NCBI GenBank assembly: GCA_964631935.1
Contig: CAZWAV010000001.1
Coordinates: 4,979 to 68,978, forward strand
DNA: 64,000 bases
Direction of reading: 5' to 3'
DNA from: an uncultured Candidatus Saccharibacteria bacterium
GTDB lineage: Bacteria; Patescibacteriota; Minisyncoccia; Phycocordibacterales; UBA9973
Below, piece by piece: positions 19,048 to 27,159 of this stretch. Positions within the stretch are counted from its first letter, which is position 1; every line of letters begins with the position of its first letter. The translations under genes and the position numbers were made by a program. The notes beneath the pieces were generated by a model. It did not search any database and was not told the DNA's origin. It saw only the letters and a program-made list of their open reading frames with translations.

Positions 19048-19572
19048 TTATCGTCTTAGTAAAGCATCTACTGCAGCATCAAGGTTATCAAAAACATCTG
19101 ATTGATCCTTTTTACATTGGTCATATTTTGTATCACCTGGTCCACCATATCCTCCGCAGTTTGACCAACTTAGATTGAATTTTGTATTTCTGGTAGCGCT
19201 GTAGTTTTCAGTTACATACGTATATTCTCCACCCCAATGACCAGCACCACCATCAACAAAACTCGTAATGCAATACTTCCTGCCATTAATTATTTTTTCA
19301 GTTTTTGTTGCTTGAGGAGATTTAGAATCTGGTTCACAAATAAATGGGGTGTAGGGGGCTGGGGAGTTGTGAATTGCTGGTGGCCATGTTTGCGAGCTAA
19401 TATAGCCTCGATTTATAGCACCTGAGACAGTAGACAATATATTATTCTCATTAGTAGTTGTTTGATTTGTTGAACTAGGTAAAACAACTGTTCTTCGTTC
19501 GGGTTTCAATTGCAAATATCCTAATATTCCGACAATGAGTACTAAAAACACAATTATAATATTTTTATTCAT
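19048..19572 (-). CDS. Cassette gene 4: membrane-anchored secreted Cys-containing protein, unknown function
   Basis: N-terminal TM anchor. Six Cys residues in the mature part. Confidence 0.5.
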   Translation of the reverse strand: MNKNIIIVFLVLIVGILGYLQLKPERRTVVLPSSTNQTTTNENNILSTVSGAINRGYISSQTWPPAIHNSPAPYTPFICEPDSKSPQATKTEKIINGRKYCITSFVDGGAGHWGGEYTYVTENYSATRNTKFNLSWSNCGGYGGPGDTKYDQCKKDQSDVFDNLDAAVDALLRR

Positions 19573-19584
19573 GCATAAATTCTA

Positions 19585-19678
19585 TCATAGGTTCGAACTT
19601 CCACTAAGGTAACAAAAAATCACCCTATTTCTAAGGTGATTTTTATATGCTCCGAATTTGGGATGATGTTCGAATGAG
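19585..19678 (-). repeat. Cassette repeat copy E (full, with compensatory CC/GG change in hairpin)
   Basis: AAAAATCACC-CTATTTCTAA-GGTGATTTTT hairpin has a 10-bp stem. The covarying stem bases relative to copies D and G indicate selection on structure. Confidence 0.75.
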
Positions 19679-19710
19679 TTTACTTTATAGATAATAATGT
19701 AAAACAAAAA

Positions 19711-19743
19711 TACAGCTATGCTCCTTTGGGGGTATAGCTGTAT
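19711..19743 (-). terminator. Terminator of cassette gene 5
   Basis: ACAGCTAT...ATAGCTGT hairpin followed by a T-run on the minus strand. Confidence 0.55.
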
Positions 19744-19761
19744 TGTAGTGAATAAATCTCT

Positions 19762-19971
19762 TTACTGCGTGGGGGGCTCTGGGCCAAAATATTGAGTCCA
19801 TTCTTCCCTGGTACAATTGGGGCATTCGTGAAGGTGTGTTTTTCCACGACATGAATTGTCATGTTCCCATACATGACCACAATTATCACACTTGTGTCTG
19901 TGAAAACCATCAGGGCTTTCATAATTTACGGCGGATGATTGTGATTGAGGCAGTGTTTGATTGTTTGGCAT
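19762..19971 (-). CDS. Cassette gene 5: small zinc-ribbon-like protein (two CxxC pairs)
   Basis: HKCDNCGHVWEH...HECPNCTREEW. Preferred over the overlapping 19716-19922 ORF, which is in another frame. Confidence 0.4.
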   Translation of the reverse strand: MPNNQTLPQSQSSAVNYESPDGFHRHKCDNCGHVWEHDNSCRGKTHLHECPNCTREEWTQYFGPEPPTQ

Positions 19972-20116
19972 CTTTGATCGTTTTATTGTGTAAGAGTTAT
20001 TGATTCACCTCCACTCCCCAATAGAAGCAGAGAAGAATCAACAAAATTCACAATAAATAATCTCAAAGAACTACCATTGCTTGTACAATAGCATAAATAT
20101 ATTAATTTGTCAAATT

Positions 20117-20146
20117 GCTCCGTATCTGGGAGGATGTTCGAATGAG
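20117..20146 (-). repeat. Cassette repeat copy F (partial: tRNA-3'-like module)
   Basis: GCTCCGTATCTGGGAGGATGTTCGAATGAG. Confidence 0.6.
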
Positions 20147-20162
20147 CATTATAGAGTAAATA

Positions 20163-21131
20163 TTATACGCCAATTTTCGGTTCCCAATTTTTTACACTTG
20201 TATGTAGTATTTTCAGTTTAGAAAGCCAATTTATAACAAAGAAAAATTGCTTAATAAAAATTAAGAAAATAACTGTAGATAATAAATTGAAAAGTAAATG
20301 CATATTGGCAATTTGTTGAGTCACGTTACCTCCGAATCTGATAATTAAACTAGTAAGCATTGGTAAAAATGGATAAATTATTATTACTCCAATCACATTA
20401 AATAGAAAGTGGGCTAATGCTGTTTTCTTTGCTTCTATTTGCATCGGTATAGTAGCTAGAAGTGCCGTCGAAGTAGTTCCAATGTTTGCACCCAGCATTA
20501 ATCCTATACCTTGAGGCAAGCTGATTAAGCCTGAAATGGATAAAGCCAGAATCAGCCCCCCTGTGACACTACTTGATTGAAATATTGTTGTAATGAGTAT
20601 TCCTACAATAATAGCTATAGGAATATTAGTTATCTTTGATATTGCATTTAATATATCTGGGTTATCGGTAAGTGGTGCTACTACTTGTGTTATCAGAGAA
20701 ATACAAAAGAAAACTAACCCAAAATAAAAAACAGACTTACCATAAATACTATATTTCTTTCCAAATTTTAGAAGTAAGAAACCAAATATAATGATAAAAG
20801 GCGCAATTGCTGTGACATTAAATGCAATTAACTGAGAAGTAATAGTGGTTCCAATATTTGCGCCAAAAACAATACTCAGACTTTCATAAAAAGTAATAAT
20901 ACCAGCATTTACAAGTCCAACAGTCATCACAGTTGTTGCGGTACTCGATTGAATGATTGAGGTTACAGCCGTCCCAGTAAGAGTTCCTATTATTGGATTT
21001 TTAGTTAAACGTTTTAAAAGAGTTTTTAACCTAACACCTGCAACTTGTTCAATCTGCCTGCTAAATTTGTTTATACTAAATATAAAAATAAGCACTAAGG
21101 CTACAACAGTGACAGTAATTTGAAATATCAT
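20163..21131 (-). CDS. Cassette gene 6: Na+/phosphate cotransporter family (PF02690-like) membrane protein
   Basis: Two internal repeats carrying QSSTATT / QSSSVTG and GANIGTT signatures. Confidence 0.75.
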   Translation of the reverse strand: MIFQITVTVVALVLIFIFSINKFSRQIEQVAGVRLKTLLKRLTKNPIIGTLTGTAVTSIIQSSTATTVMTVGLVNAGIITFYESLSIVFGANIGTTITSQLIAFNVTAIAPFIIIFGFLLLKFGKKYSIYGKSVFYFGLVFFCISLITQVVAPLTDNPDILNAISKITNIPIAIIVGILITTIFQSSSVTGGLILALSISGLISLPQGIGLMLGANIGTTSTALLATIPMQIEAKKTALAHFLFNVIGVIIIYPFLPMLTSLIIRFGGNVTQQIANMHLLFNLLSTVIFLIFIKQFFFVINWLSKLKILHTSVKNWEPKIGV

Positions 21132-21143
21132 TTATACATTATA

Positions 21144-21206
21144 TCAAAGGTTCGAACTTCTACTAAGGTAACAAAAAATCACCTTATTTCTAAAGTGATT
21201 TTTCGA
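21144..21206 (-). repeat. Cassette repeat copy G (proximal module plus hairpin, fused directly to the genuine tRNA-Asn 3' end)
   Basis: TCAAAGGTTCGAACTTCTACTAAGGTAACAAAAAATCACC...GTGATTTTT, then the tRNA. The hairpin also serves as the tRNA terminator. Confidence 0.75.
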
Positions 21207-21208
21207 GG

Positions 21209-21280
21209 CTCCGGAGGCAGGGATCGAACCTGCGACCAATCGATTAACAGTCGATTGCTCTACCGCTGAGCTACTCCGGA
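21209..21280 (-). tRNA. tRNA-Asn (anticodon GTT)
   Basis: Manual fold: acceptor TCCGGAG/CTCCGGA, D-arm GCTCAGCGGTAGAGC, anticodon loop CTGTTAA, T-arm GGTTCGATCC. Confidence 0.85.
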
Positions 21281-21283
21281 ATT

Positions 21284-21411
21284 TGTATTCGGAAGTAGCT
21301 AAGCGGAACCGCTGGTCACAAATATTTTTCTGTTGAAAAATTTCGCGACCCCGACTCGGCACCTACGTGCCTGCGCCTTTGAAATGCTAGGCATTTCAAC
21401 TACTCCGGAAT
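21284..21411 (-). ncRNA. GC-rich structured ~125-nt element co-transcribed 5' of tRNA-Asn (function unknown)
   Basis: The first 11 nt (TTCCGGAGTAG) are identical to the tRNA 5' end. Internal hairpins are TTGAAATGC/GCATTTCAA, GGCAC/GTGCC and AGCG/CGCT. A closing helix joins the 5' and 3' ends. GC content is well above that of the flanks. Confidence 0.35.
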
Positions 21412-21417
21412 CTTCAA

Positions 21418-21446
21418 ATACTAACAAAAAACCACCAAAAAAGCAA
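21418..21446 (-). promoter_or_regulatory. Promoter for structured element + tRNA-Asn (TTGCTT-17-TAGTAT)
   Basis: Minus-strand hexamers with a 17-nt spacer. The predicted TSS coincides with the first nucleotide of the structured element. Confidence 0.45.
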
Positions 21447-21477
21447 AACTGCATACTAACCCTATAAGGCAACTTTC

Positions 21478-21486
21478 TGCTATAAT
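21478..21486 (+). promoter_or_regulatory. Extended -10 (TGCTATAAT) for hpf
   Basis: Read directly from sequence. Lies 31 nt upstream of the hpf ATG. Confidence 0.45.
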
Positions 21487-21516
21487 ATATATTATTAGCT
21501 AAGCTTGTAAAAAATT

Positions 21517-21900
21517 ATGAACATAAATATTAAAGCGACGAATATGGAGTTAACTGGTGCGATTAGTGATTATGTGAACAAGCGTTTGGCTTCACTTGAA
21601 AAGTTTTCTAAAAATACAGAAATCACTGGCTATGTAGAAGTAGGTAAGACGACAAACCACCACAAACAAGGTGATGTGTTCAAAGCTGAACTTGATATAA
21701 ACATAAATGGTGATAAATTCTTTGCAATGTCAGAACAAAGTGATTTGTATGCTGCTATTGATGATGCAAAAGAAGAAATTTCTAGAAAGATTAAAAATAA
21801 CAAAGATCGCAAGCAGACTCTATTTAAAAGGGGAGCATCTAGTGTAAAGAAGATGATAAAAGGTATTTCAAAAAGAAACCCTTTCACTTCTAAATACTAG
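21517..21900 (+). CDS. hpf: Ribosome hibernation promoting factor (RaiA/YfiA family)
   Basis: MNINIKATNMELTGAISDYVNKRLASLEKF matches the HPF N-terminus. Confidence 0.85.
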   Translation: MNINIKATNMELTGAISDYVNKRLASLEKFSKNTEITGYVEVGKTTNHHKQGDVFKAELDININGDKFFAMSEQSDLYAAIDDAKEEISRKIKNNKDRKQTLFKRGASSVKKMIKGISKRNPFTSKY

Positions 21901-22739
21901 TGTGTAAAATCTGAATAACTTATTTCTTTCTTACCTTCTGGAATGACTCGTTCAATAATGAATGAGTCATTTTCGTATTTTGCCTTCTTTATTTTTATTC
22001 TGATCTTTTTGCCATCTTTTTCTACAAAGAAATATGTGCCTGGCCAATCTGCGAAAGCGCGATATTTATTGAAATTTGTCATGGCATCAGAATTTAAATC
22101 AAGAAGTCCATCTTCCTTTTTTAATTTTTTACAAAAAGTCGCCAAGCTCTCATCTTGAGGTGTTAGTGTTATGTTCCTTTCAAATATTTTTGGTAGGGTG
22201 TCTCTTAGTAGTTCTCCACCTATAATAGTTAATCTCTTCAATAGATCAGTTTTTGTCTCACTGCTATCTATGCCCAGTTCTTTCTCTACTATTATGGGCC
22301 CGCTATCTAGTTTGAATGCCATTTGTTGAATACTCACACCTGTTACAGTGTCCCCGTGTAGCAAGGCTTCTTCCACCGGTGATGCACCTCTGTATTTAGG
22401 TAATAGGGAATAGTGAATATTTATCGTACCTAGGTGTGGCGTATTAATTAATTCTTCAGGAATGATTTTGCCATAAGCGATAACGATAGACAAATCTACA
22501 TCAAATTTTTTTAGCTCATCTATAAATTCCTGGTTTATTTTTTCTGGCTTAAGACATACGATATTGTGATTCTTTGCCCAGATGCTTACAGGAGTCTCCT
22601 GTGTGTGCATACCACGGCCGGCTTGCCTATCTGGAGATGTAACTATAACTTTCGGTATGTAACCACCATTAAATAGAATATCGAGCGTATTGCTTGCGAC
22701 ATCTGGAGTACCAAAAAATGCGAAGGTATCTTTATTCAT
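21897..22739 (-). CDS. fmt: Methionyl-tRNA formyltransferase
   Basis: FFGTPDVA...NIHYSLLPKYRGASPVEEALL motifs. Start moved to MNKDTF to avoid overlapping def. Confidence 0.9.
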   Translation of the reverse strand: MNKDTFAFFGTPDVASNTLDILFNGGYIPKVIVTSPDRQAGRGMHTQETPVSIWAKNHNIVCLKPEKINQEFIDELKKFDVDLSIVIAYGKIIPEELINTPHLGTINIHYSLLPKYRGASPVEEALLHGDTVTGVSIQQMAFKLDSGPIIVEKELGIDSSETKTDLLKRLTIIGGELLRDTLPKIFERNITLTPQDESLATFCKKLKKEDGLLDLNSDAMTNFNKYRAFADWPGTYFFVEKDGKKIRIKIKKAKYENDSFIIERVIPEGKKEISYSDFTH

Positions 22740-22740
22740 A

Positions 22741-23304
22741 TTATTTAAATTCTTCTTCTGGGGTAGATTCGTGTATATCTTTCGCCTTATCGATGAAGAG
22801 TATCCCATCTAAATGATCAGTCTCATGTTGGAATATGTGGGCAAGTAAACCACTACCATCTCTAATAAACTTCTTACCATGCTCATCGTAGGCTTCCATA
22901 GTAGCCTTTGTAGCCCGACGAACCTTGCCATAGAGTGGCCGGACAGATAGACAACCTTCTGCCATCATTTTCTTGTCCTTTGAAATCTTTTTGAACACAG
23001 GATTTATAAATACTAGATCTGGATGGTGTTTCTTTAATGAGTCGATACCTTCAACTTTCACGTACTCATCTTTCTTTTGTCCGCGGATAAAATCTTCTTC
23101 GAAGATTCTTCCTGAAACCAAGAATATACGCAAAGACACACCTATCTGTGGAGCAGCTATTGCTACACCATCATCCTGAGAGTGAAGTGCTTCTGCCATT
23201 TGTTTTAATACTTTCTGAATACTACTTTTTGTTATATCAGCAACAGGAACCGCTTTAGCGATTTTGCGCAATGTCGGATTTCCATTTTGGACGATTTCAG
23301 TCAT
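22741..23304 (-). CDS. def: Peptide deformylase
   Basis: IAAPQIG, EGCLS and HETDHL motifs. Operon partner of fmt. Confidence 0.9.
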   Translation of the reverse strand: MTEIVQNGNPTLRKIAKAVPVADITKSSIQKVLKQMAEALHSQDDGVAIAAPQIGVSLRIFLVSGRIFEEDFIRGQKKDEYVKVEGIDSLKKHHPDLVFINPVFKKISKDKKMMAEGCLSVRPLYGKVRRATKATMEAYDEHGKKFIRDGSGLLAHIFQHETDHLDGILFIDKAKDIHESTPEEEFK

Positions 23305-23305
23305 A

Positions 23306-24607
23306 TTATTTTAATTCTTTTATGTACTCTAGAAGCTTTGTCAATTTTACTGTCTCTTGAGATCTATTTGTCATATCGCGGAAGATGACCGAATTTTCCA
23401 TAGCTTCTTTCTGTCCGAATATTATTGCATAGTGCATACCAAGTTTCTCGGCGATAGCAAGCTGAGCTCCTAGATTATCTTTTGATATTGATTGAGCTAT
23501 AGGCACTTTACCTTTTCGAAGTATTTCGATCACGTTAAGTGATTTTAATTTCGCATCAAAGCCAAGCTGAATAAAGTAAACTTTCGGCTTCTTCAGTATT
23601 CTTGGGCAGAGCTTCTTGTACCATGAAGATTCTACGACACGGTCTACGCCGATACTTACTCCCATGGCTGGAATGTCTTTCTTTGATCCTAATTGTTTGC
23701 CTAAGTAATCATATCTACCACCACCAGCGATAGTAAGTGGTGTACCTTCCTCGCCACCATTCTCCTCAATGATTTCAAATACTGTACGAGTGTAATAAGA
23801 GAGACCACGAACAAGATTCTTGTTTATTGAATACGGTACTTCCATCTGCTCCAAATACTCAAGGACTTCTTTGAAGTGTTTCTTGCAAGCGGAGCATAGA
23901 TAAGAAAGTGAATCAGGGGCTCCGAGATTTATCTCAATTGTTTTTTCTTCCTTTGAATCAAGAATGCGAAGGGGGTTAGTCTTTAGTCTTTCACGATCGA
24001 CTGCTGGAAGGGAACTTAGGTGTTTCTTGTAATAATTTGTTAATTCTTTTAAGTAAGAACCTCGGCACTCTTTGTCGCCTATAGAGTTTATGCTAACAGA
24101 AAGATTTGTTGCACCAGCTTCTTCAAGGATTGCAAGTGTAGTCTTGATAATAAGAGCATCAATAATACTTTTCTCACTACCAAGAGATTCAAGTCCGAAT
24201 TGATAGAACTGGCGGTATCTACCACGTTGAGGTTTGTCGTGTCTAAAAAATGGACCATAGTAATACATCATTACCGGTTGGGGTAGTGATTGCATACCGT
24301 GCTCTATATAAGCACGCATTACACCTGCAGTGTTCTCTGGCCTGATTGCTAGATGGTCACCACCTTTTGTCTTAAGAGTGTACATCTCTTTATCTATAGC
24401 ATCGGTACCTACACCTATAGCTGTAGTGAAAGTACCTTCGTGTTCCAGTATAGGAGTCTCTATTGGTCGAAAGCCATAATACACCGCTATCTCTTGAGCT
24501 TTCTCAAAGAATCCTTGGAATTGATAATATTGCTCGTCGACAATGTCACGCATGCCTTTAACAGATGCTAGAGGTTCTTTGTTTCCTTTTTTCTTTTCTG
24601 TGCTCAT
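23306..24607 (-). CDS. hisS: Histidine--tRNA ligase
   Basis: Class II motifs, with AGGGRYDYL near the C-terminus. Confidence 0.9.
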   Translation of the reverse strand: MSTEKKKGNKEPLASVKGMRDIVDEQYYQFQGFFEKAQEIAVYYGFRPIETPILEHEGTFTTAIGVGTDAIDKEMYTLKTKGGDHLAIRPENTAGVMRAYIEHGMQSLPQPVMMYYYGPFFRHDKPQRGRYRQFYQFGLESLGSEKSIIDALIIKTTLAILEEAGATNLSVSINSIGDKECRGSYLKELTNYYKKHLSSLPAVDRERLKTNPLRILDSKEEKTIEINLGAPDSLSYLCSACKKHFKEVLEYLEQMEVPYSINKNLVRGLSYYTRTVFEIIEENGGEEGTPLTIAGGGRYDYLGKQLGSKKDIPAMGVSIGVDRVVESSWYKKLCPRILKKPKVYFIQLGFDAKLKSLNVIEILRKGKVPIAQSISKDNLGAQLAIAEKLGMHYAIIFGQKEAMENSVIFRDMTNRSQETVKLTKLLEYIKELK

Positions 24608-24608
24608 A

Positions 24609-25199
24609 TTATTTGGTCTCTATAACTTTACCTGGTAAATAGGATATATCTTTAAATGGTAACAGCCGGAAATACGCACGGCCAACCATAAGCTTTCGAG
24701 GGAGCATCCCCCATATGCGTGAGTCTGAACTTCGATTTCGATTATCTCCCATTACGAAATATTCTTCATTGCCCGTTGTATAATCACCAGTGGTACTAAA
24801 TTGTTCATCTATGTAATCTTCTTTTAAGGTGAAACCTTCCGGATGTGCTTGATTTGTGATTGTAACTATGCCGGTCTTAATACTAACTTTTTCATTTGGT
24901 AATCCAATGATGCGCTTAATAAAAAATCTTGATGGATCATTTGGATATCGGAATATAACTACATCTCCACGATGAGGACCGTTTACGATGTAAGAAATTT
25001 CATCAACTATAAGGTACTGACCGTCGTCGAAAGTAGGGAACATTGATTCTCCACTAACAACGAATGGCTGAGCTATGAACATGCGGATGGGTACGACGAT
25101 AGCAAGGGCGATAACAGCAAACTTTAATAGATCCCAAGCACTCTCTGCGTGCTTCTGGATCTTGGCTCTCATGGGTGAAACTGGCTTGTTGTTTTCCAT
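24609..25199 (-). CDS. lepB: Signal peptidase I
   Basis: GESMFPTF (Ser box) and GDNRNRSSDSRIWG. Confidence 0.85.
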   Translation of the reverse strand: MENNKPVSPMRAKIQKHAESAWDLLKFAVIALAIVVPIRMFIAQPFVVSGESMFPTFDDGQYLIVDEISYIVNGPHRGDVVIFRYPNDPSRFFIKRIIGLPNEKVSIKTGIVTITNQAHPEGFTLKEDYIDEQFSTTGDYTTGNEEYFVMGDNRNRSSDSRIWGMLPRKLMVGRAYFRLLPFKDISYLPGKVIETK

Positions 25200-25374
25200 A
25201 TAGCCATTATTCTATCATACAAAGAGTATTGACAGAATAGGGAAATATGTTGTGTGGTGTAATTTGGCTGTTCGGAATAAATCTTTTCAAGAAAAAATGT
25301 CTGGCCGAGCTTCCAAAAGAATTAGGCGAGGATATCCGAGGACTTTTTTGTTGATAAGATTTATGTAGAAATAA

Positions 25375-25383
25375 TGTTATAAT
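25375..25383 (+). promoter_or_regulatory. Extended -10 (TGTTATAAT) ending 7 nt before the pth ATG (leaderless)
   Basis: Read directly from sequence. Confidence 0.5.
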
Positions 25384-25390
25384 CAAAAAT

Positions 25391-25975
25391 ATGTTAATCG
25401 TTGGACTTGGAAATCCTGGAAAGGAATATGAGAAAACTCGCCACAATAGTGGGCGAATTATTTTAGAACATATAGCAAAAGCGAACGACTTCGGAGATTG
25501 GAAGAATGATATGAAATTAAAATCACTTCGTGCGAAAGGTGAAATCGACGGAAAAAAATTTGATTTCCTCCTCCCTGAAACTTTTATGAATAATTCTGGG
25601 CAAGCCGTCGCTCCGCTCATAGATGGTCCAAAGAAATTGAAAAATCTAGTCGTTATTTATGATGACCTTGATATTCCCGTTGGGAGCCTGAAAGTGTCTT
25701 TCAATAAAAGTTCTGGTGGACACAATGGACTCGAGTCAATCATAAAGAAAGTAAAATCTCGTGAGTTCGTTCGCATTCGTGTCGGCGTCTCACCTCACAC
25801 TCCTACTGGCAAAATCAAAAAACCAAAAGGGGAAGATGCAGTTCTGAAATTCCTCCTCGGGACTTTCAAGGAAGATGAACTTAAAATCCTCAAAAAGCAA
25901 TCAAAAGAAATTGCAGAAATAATCGTCTGTATCGCAAACGAAGGAAAAGATAAAGCTATGACTTTATATAATTAA
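25391..25975 (+). CDS. pth: Peptidyl-tRNA hydrolase
   Basis: MLIVGLGNPGKEYEKTRHNSG. Confidence 0.9.
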   Translation: MLIVGLGNPGKEYEKTRHNSGRIILEHIAKANDFGDWKNDMKLKSLRAKGEIDGKKFDFLLPETFMNNSGQAVAPLIDGPKKLKNLVVIYDDLDIPVGSLKVSFNKSSGGHNGLESIIKKVKSREFVRIRVGVSPHTPTGKIKKPKGEDAVLKFLLGTFKEDELKILKKQSKEIAEIIVCIANEGKDKAMTLYN

Positions 25976-26000
25976 AAAATCCCCATATGGGGATTTTTTA
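25974..26000. terminator. Bidirectional terminator
   Basis: AAAAATCCCC-ATAT-GGGGATTTTT. Confidence 0.85.
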
Positions 26001-26015
26001 ATGACAGCACTACTT

Positions 26016-27149
26016 TTACTCAGCTTTCTTTCCTGCTTCTAGGAAGACAAGAGTCATACGCTGATCTTTTGGTTCAAAGAGTGTGACTTGGAAGTCATAC
26101 TTCTTGCCCATCTCAAGAGTCTTCTTTAGTTTCTCTTCAGAACCGAAGCTTGAGTTGTGGACCAAACCTGCAACACCTTGCTTTATAGATACAAGTGCGC
26201 CGTGCTTGTTGAACTTGATGACTACACCAGAGACGATATCGCCTTTCTTGAGTGTGTTTTCAAATTCATGCCATGGATTTTCTTTCAATGCTTTCACTGA
26301 GAGAGAAATCTTACCATCTTTTACTTCAATGATTTTTGCTTTTACTTTGTCGCCAACTTTGAACATTGTTCGTGGATCTTCTACAAGACCCCAATCGATC
26401 TCAGAGATGTGCACTAGACCTTCAAGACCTTCTTCTATCTTAAGGAAGATTCCGAAGTCCACAATTCCAGCAACTGTACACTCTAACTCATCACCAACTG
26501 AATACTTACCGATAATTTCCTGGCGTTCTTCTGGATTATTGTCTTTTTCAGAGAATATAAGTTTGCCTTCTTTTGGAAGGGCAGAAATCATCACTACATT
26601 GATACGCTTACCAACGAGCATTTTCAAAGCCTTCAAGATTTTATCCTTATCTGAATCTTCTACGCGAGGGTAGTGCTCACTCTTAAGCTGACTTGCAGGA
26701 AGGAATCCAGCGATACCTTGCCATTCAAGTATAAGTCCACCCTTGTTTGCTTCTTTGACTGTAAGTTCAAGGGGAGTTTTTGACTTTATTGCTTTATCAG
26801 CTTCACTCCAGATGAGTGCTTGCTTTGCTTCTTTAAGAGAAAGTTCGATATAACCTTCGTCGTTATCTATAGATACGACTTTCGCTTTAACGACATCACC
26901 GATATTTACTTTCTTTATAATGTCTTTCGCATTGATGAACTCACGTCCGTAAATAATACCTGTACCAAATGGTGCAAGATCAATATATACAGATGACTTT
27001 GCAATTGATATAACTGGACCTTCAACTAGTGAATCCACTTGTGGAGGAAGTTCAGCTTTATCAAGCATCTTGCCGATACTCGAGAGCTCTATCTTTGCAT
27101 GTTCTGCAATACTATCTACCACACTTTTCTCTTCTTCTGTCTTTTTCAT
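26016..27149 (-). CDS. rpsA: 30S ribosomal protein S1 (short four-S1-domain form)
   Basis: Repeated S1 OB folds, e.g. VGDVVKAKVVSID..GYIELSLK and KVGDKVKAKIIEVKDGKISLSVK. Confidence 0.85.
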   Translation of the reverse strand: MKKTEEEKSVVDSIAEHAKIELSSIGKMLDKAELPPQVDSLVEGPVISIAKSSVYIDLAPFGTGIIYGREFINAKDIIKKVNIGDVVKAKVVSIDNDEGYIELSLKEAKQALIWSEADKAIKSKTPLELTVKEANKGGLILEWQGIAGFLPASQLKSEHYPRVEDSDKDKILKALKMLVGKRINVVMISALPKEGKLIFSEKDNNPEERQEIIGKYSVGDELECTVAGIVDFGIFLKIEEGLEGLVHISEIDWGLVEDPRTMFKVGDKVKAKIIEVKDGKISLSVKALKENPWHEFENTLKKGDIVSGVVIKFNKHGALVSIKQGVAGLVHNSSFGSEEKLKKTLEMGKKYDFQVTLFEPKDQRMTLVFLEAGKKAE

Positions 27150-27159
27150 AAATTTTGTA

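Noticed and set aside
19716-19922. 68-aa ORF overlapping the zinc-ribbon ORF in another frame
   Set aside because: The alternative 19762-19971 frame encodes paired CxxC motifs, is positioned consistently with the cassette repeats, and was preferred. Only one of the two can be real.
16700-21290. Repeat array interpreted as CRISPR
   Set aside because: Repeats are ~95 bp, imperfect and irregularly spaced (0.4-1.0 kb). The intervening DNA encodes proteins with promoters. No cas genes are present. This is not a CRISPR array.
21144-21362. 72-aa ORF on the minus strand
   Set aside because: It completely overlaps tRNA-Asn and the GC-rich structured element. It is a translation artefact of the RNA genes.
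21284-21411. GC-rich element as SRP (4.5S) RNA, tmRNA or a second tRNA
   Set aside because: No domain-IV GGAA/AGCAGCC motif. No tRNA-like T-loop (the only candidate hairpin has a 4-nt loop) and no resume codon. The acceptor-like pairing has a mismatch. It is kept as a structured element of unknown function.
21284-21411. 130-bp element as a MITE inserted with an 11-bp target-site duplication
   Set aside because: The two ends are not inverted repeats of each other (TTGAAATGCC... versus ...CGAATACAAAT), so it lacks TIRs.
22741-22808. Longer fmt start (MGYSSS...) overlapping def by 68 nt
   Set aside because: The conserved Fmt N-terminus begins at MNKDTFAFFGTP. The upstream extension lies inside def.
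25207-25620. 137-aa minus-strand ORF across the lepB/pth intergenic region and pth N-terminus
   Set aside because: It overlaps the well-supported pth gene and promoter, and has a low-complexity S/F-rich translation. It is spurious.
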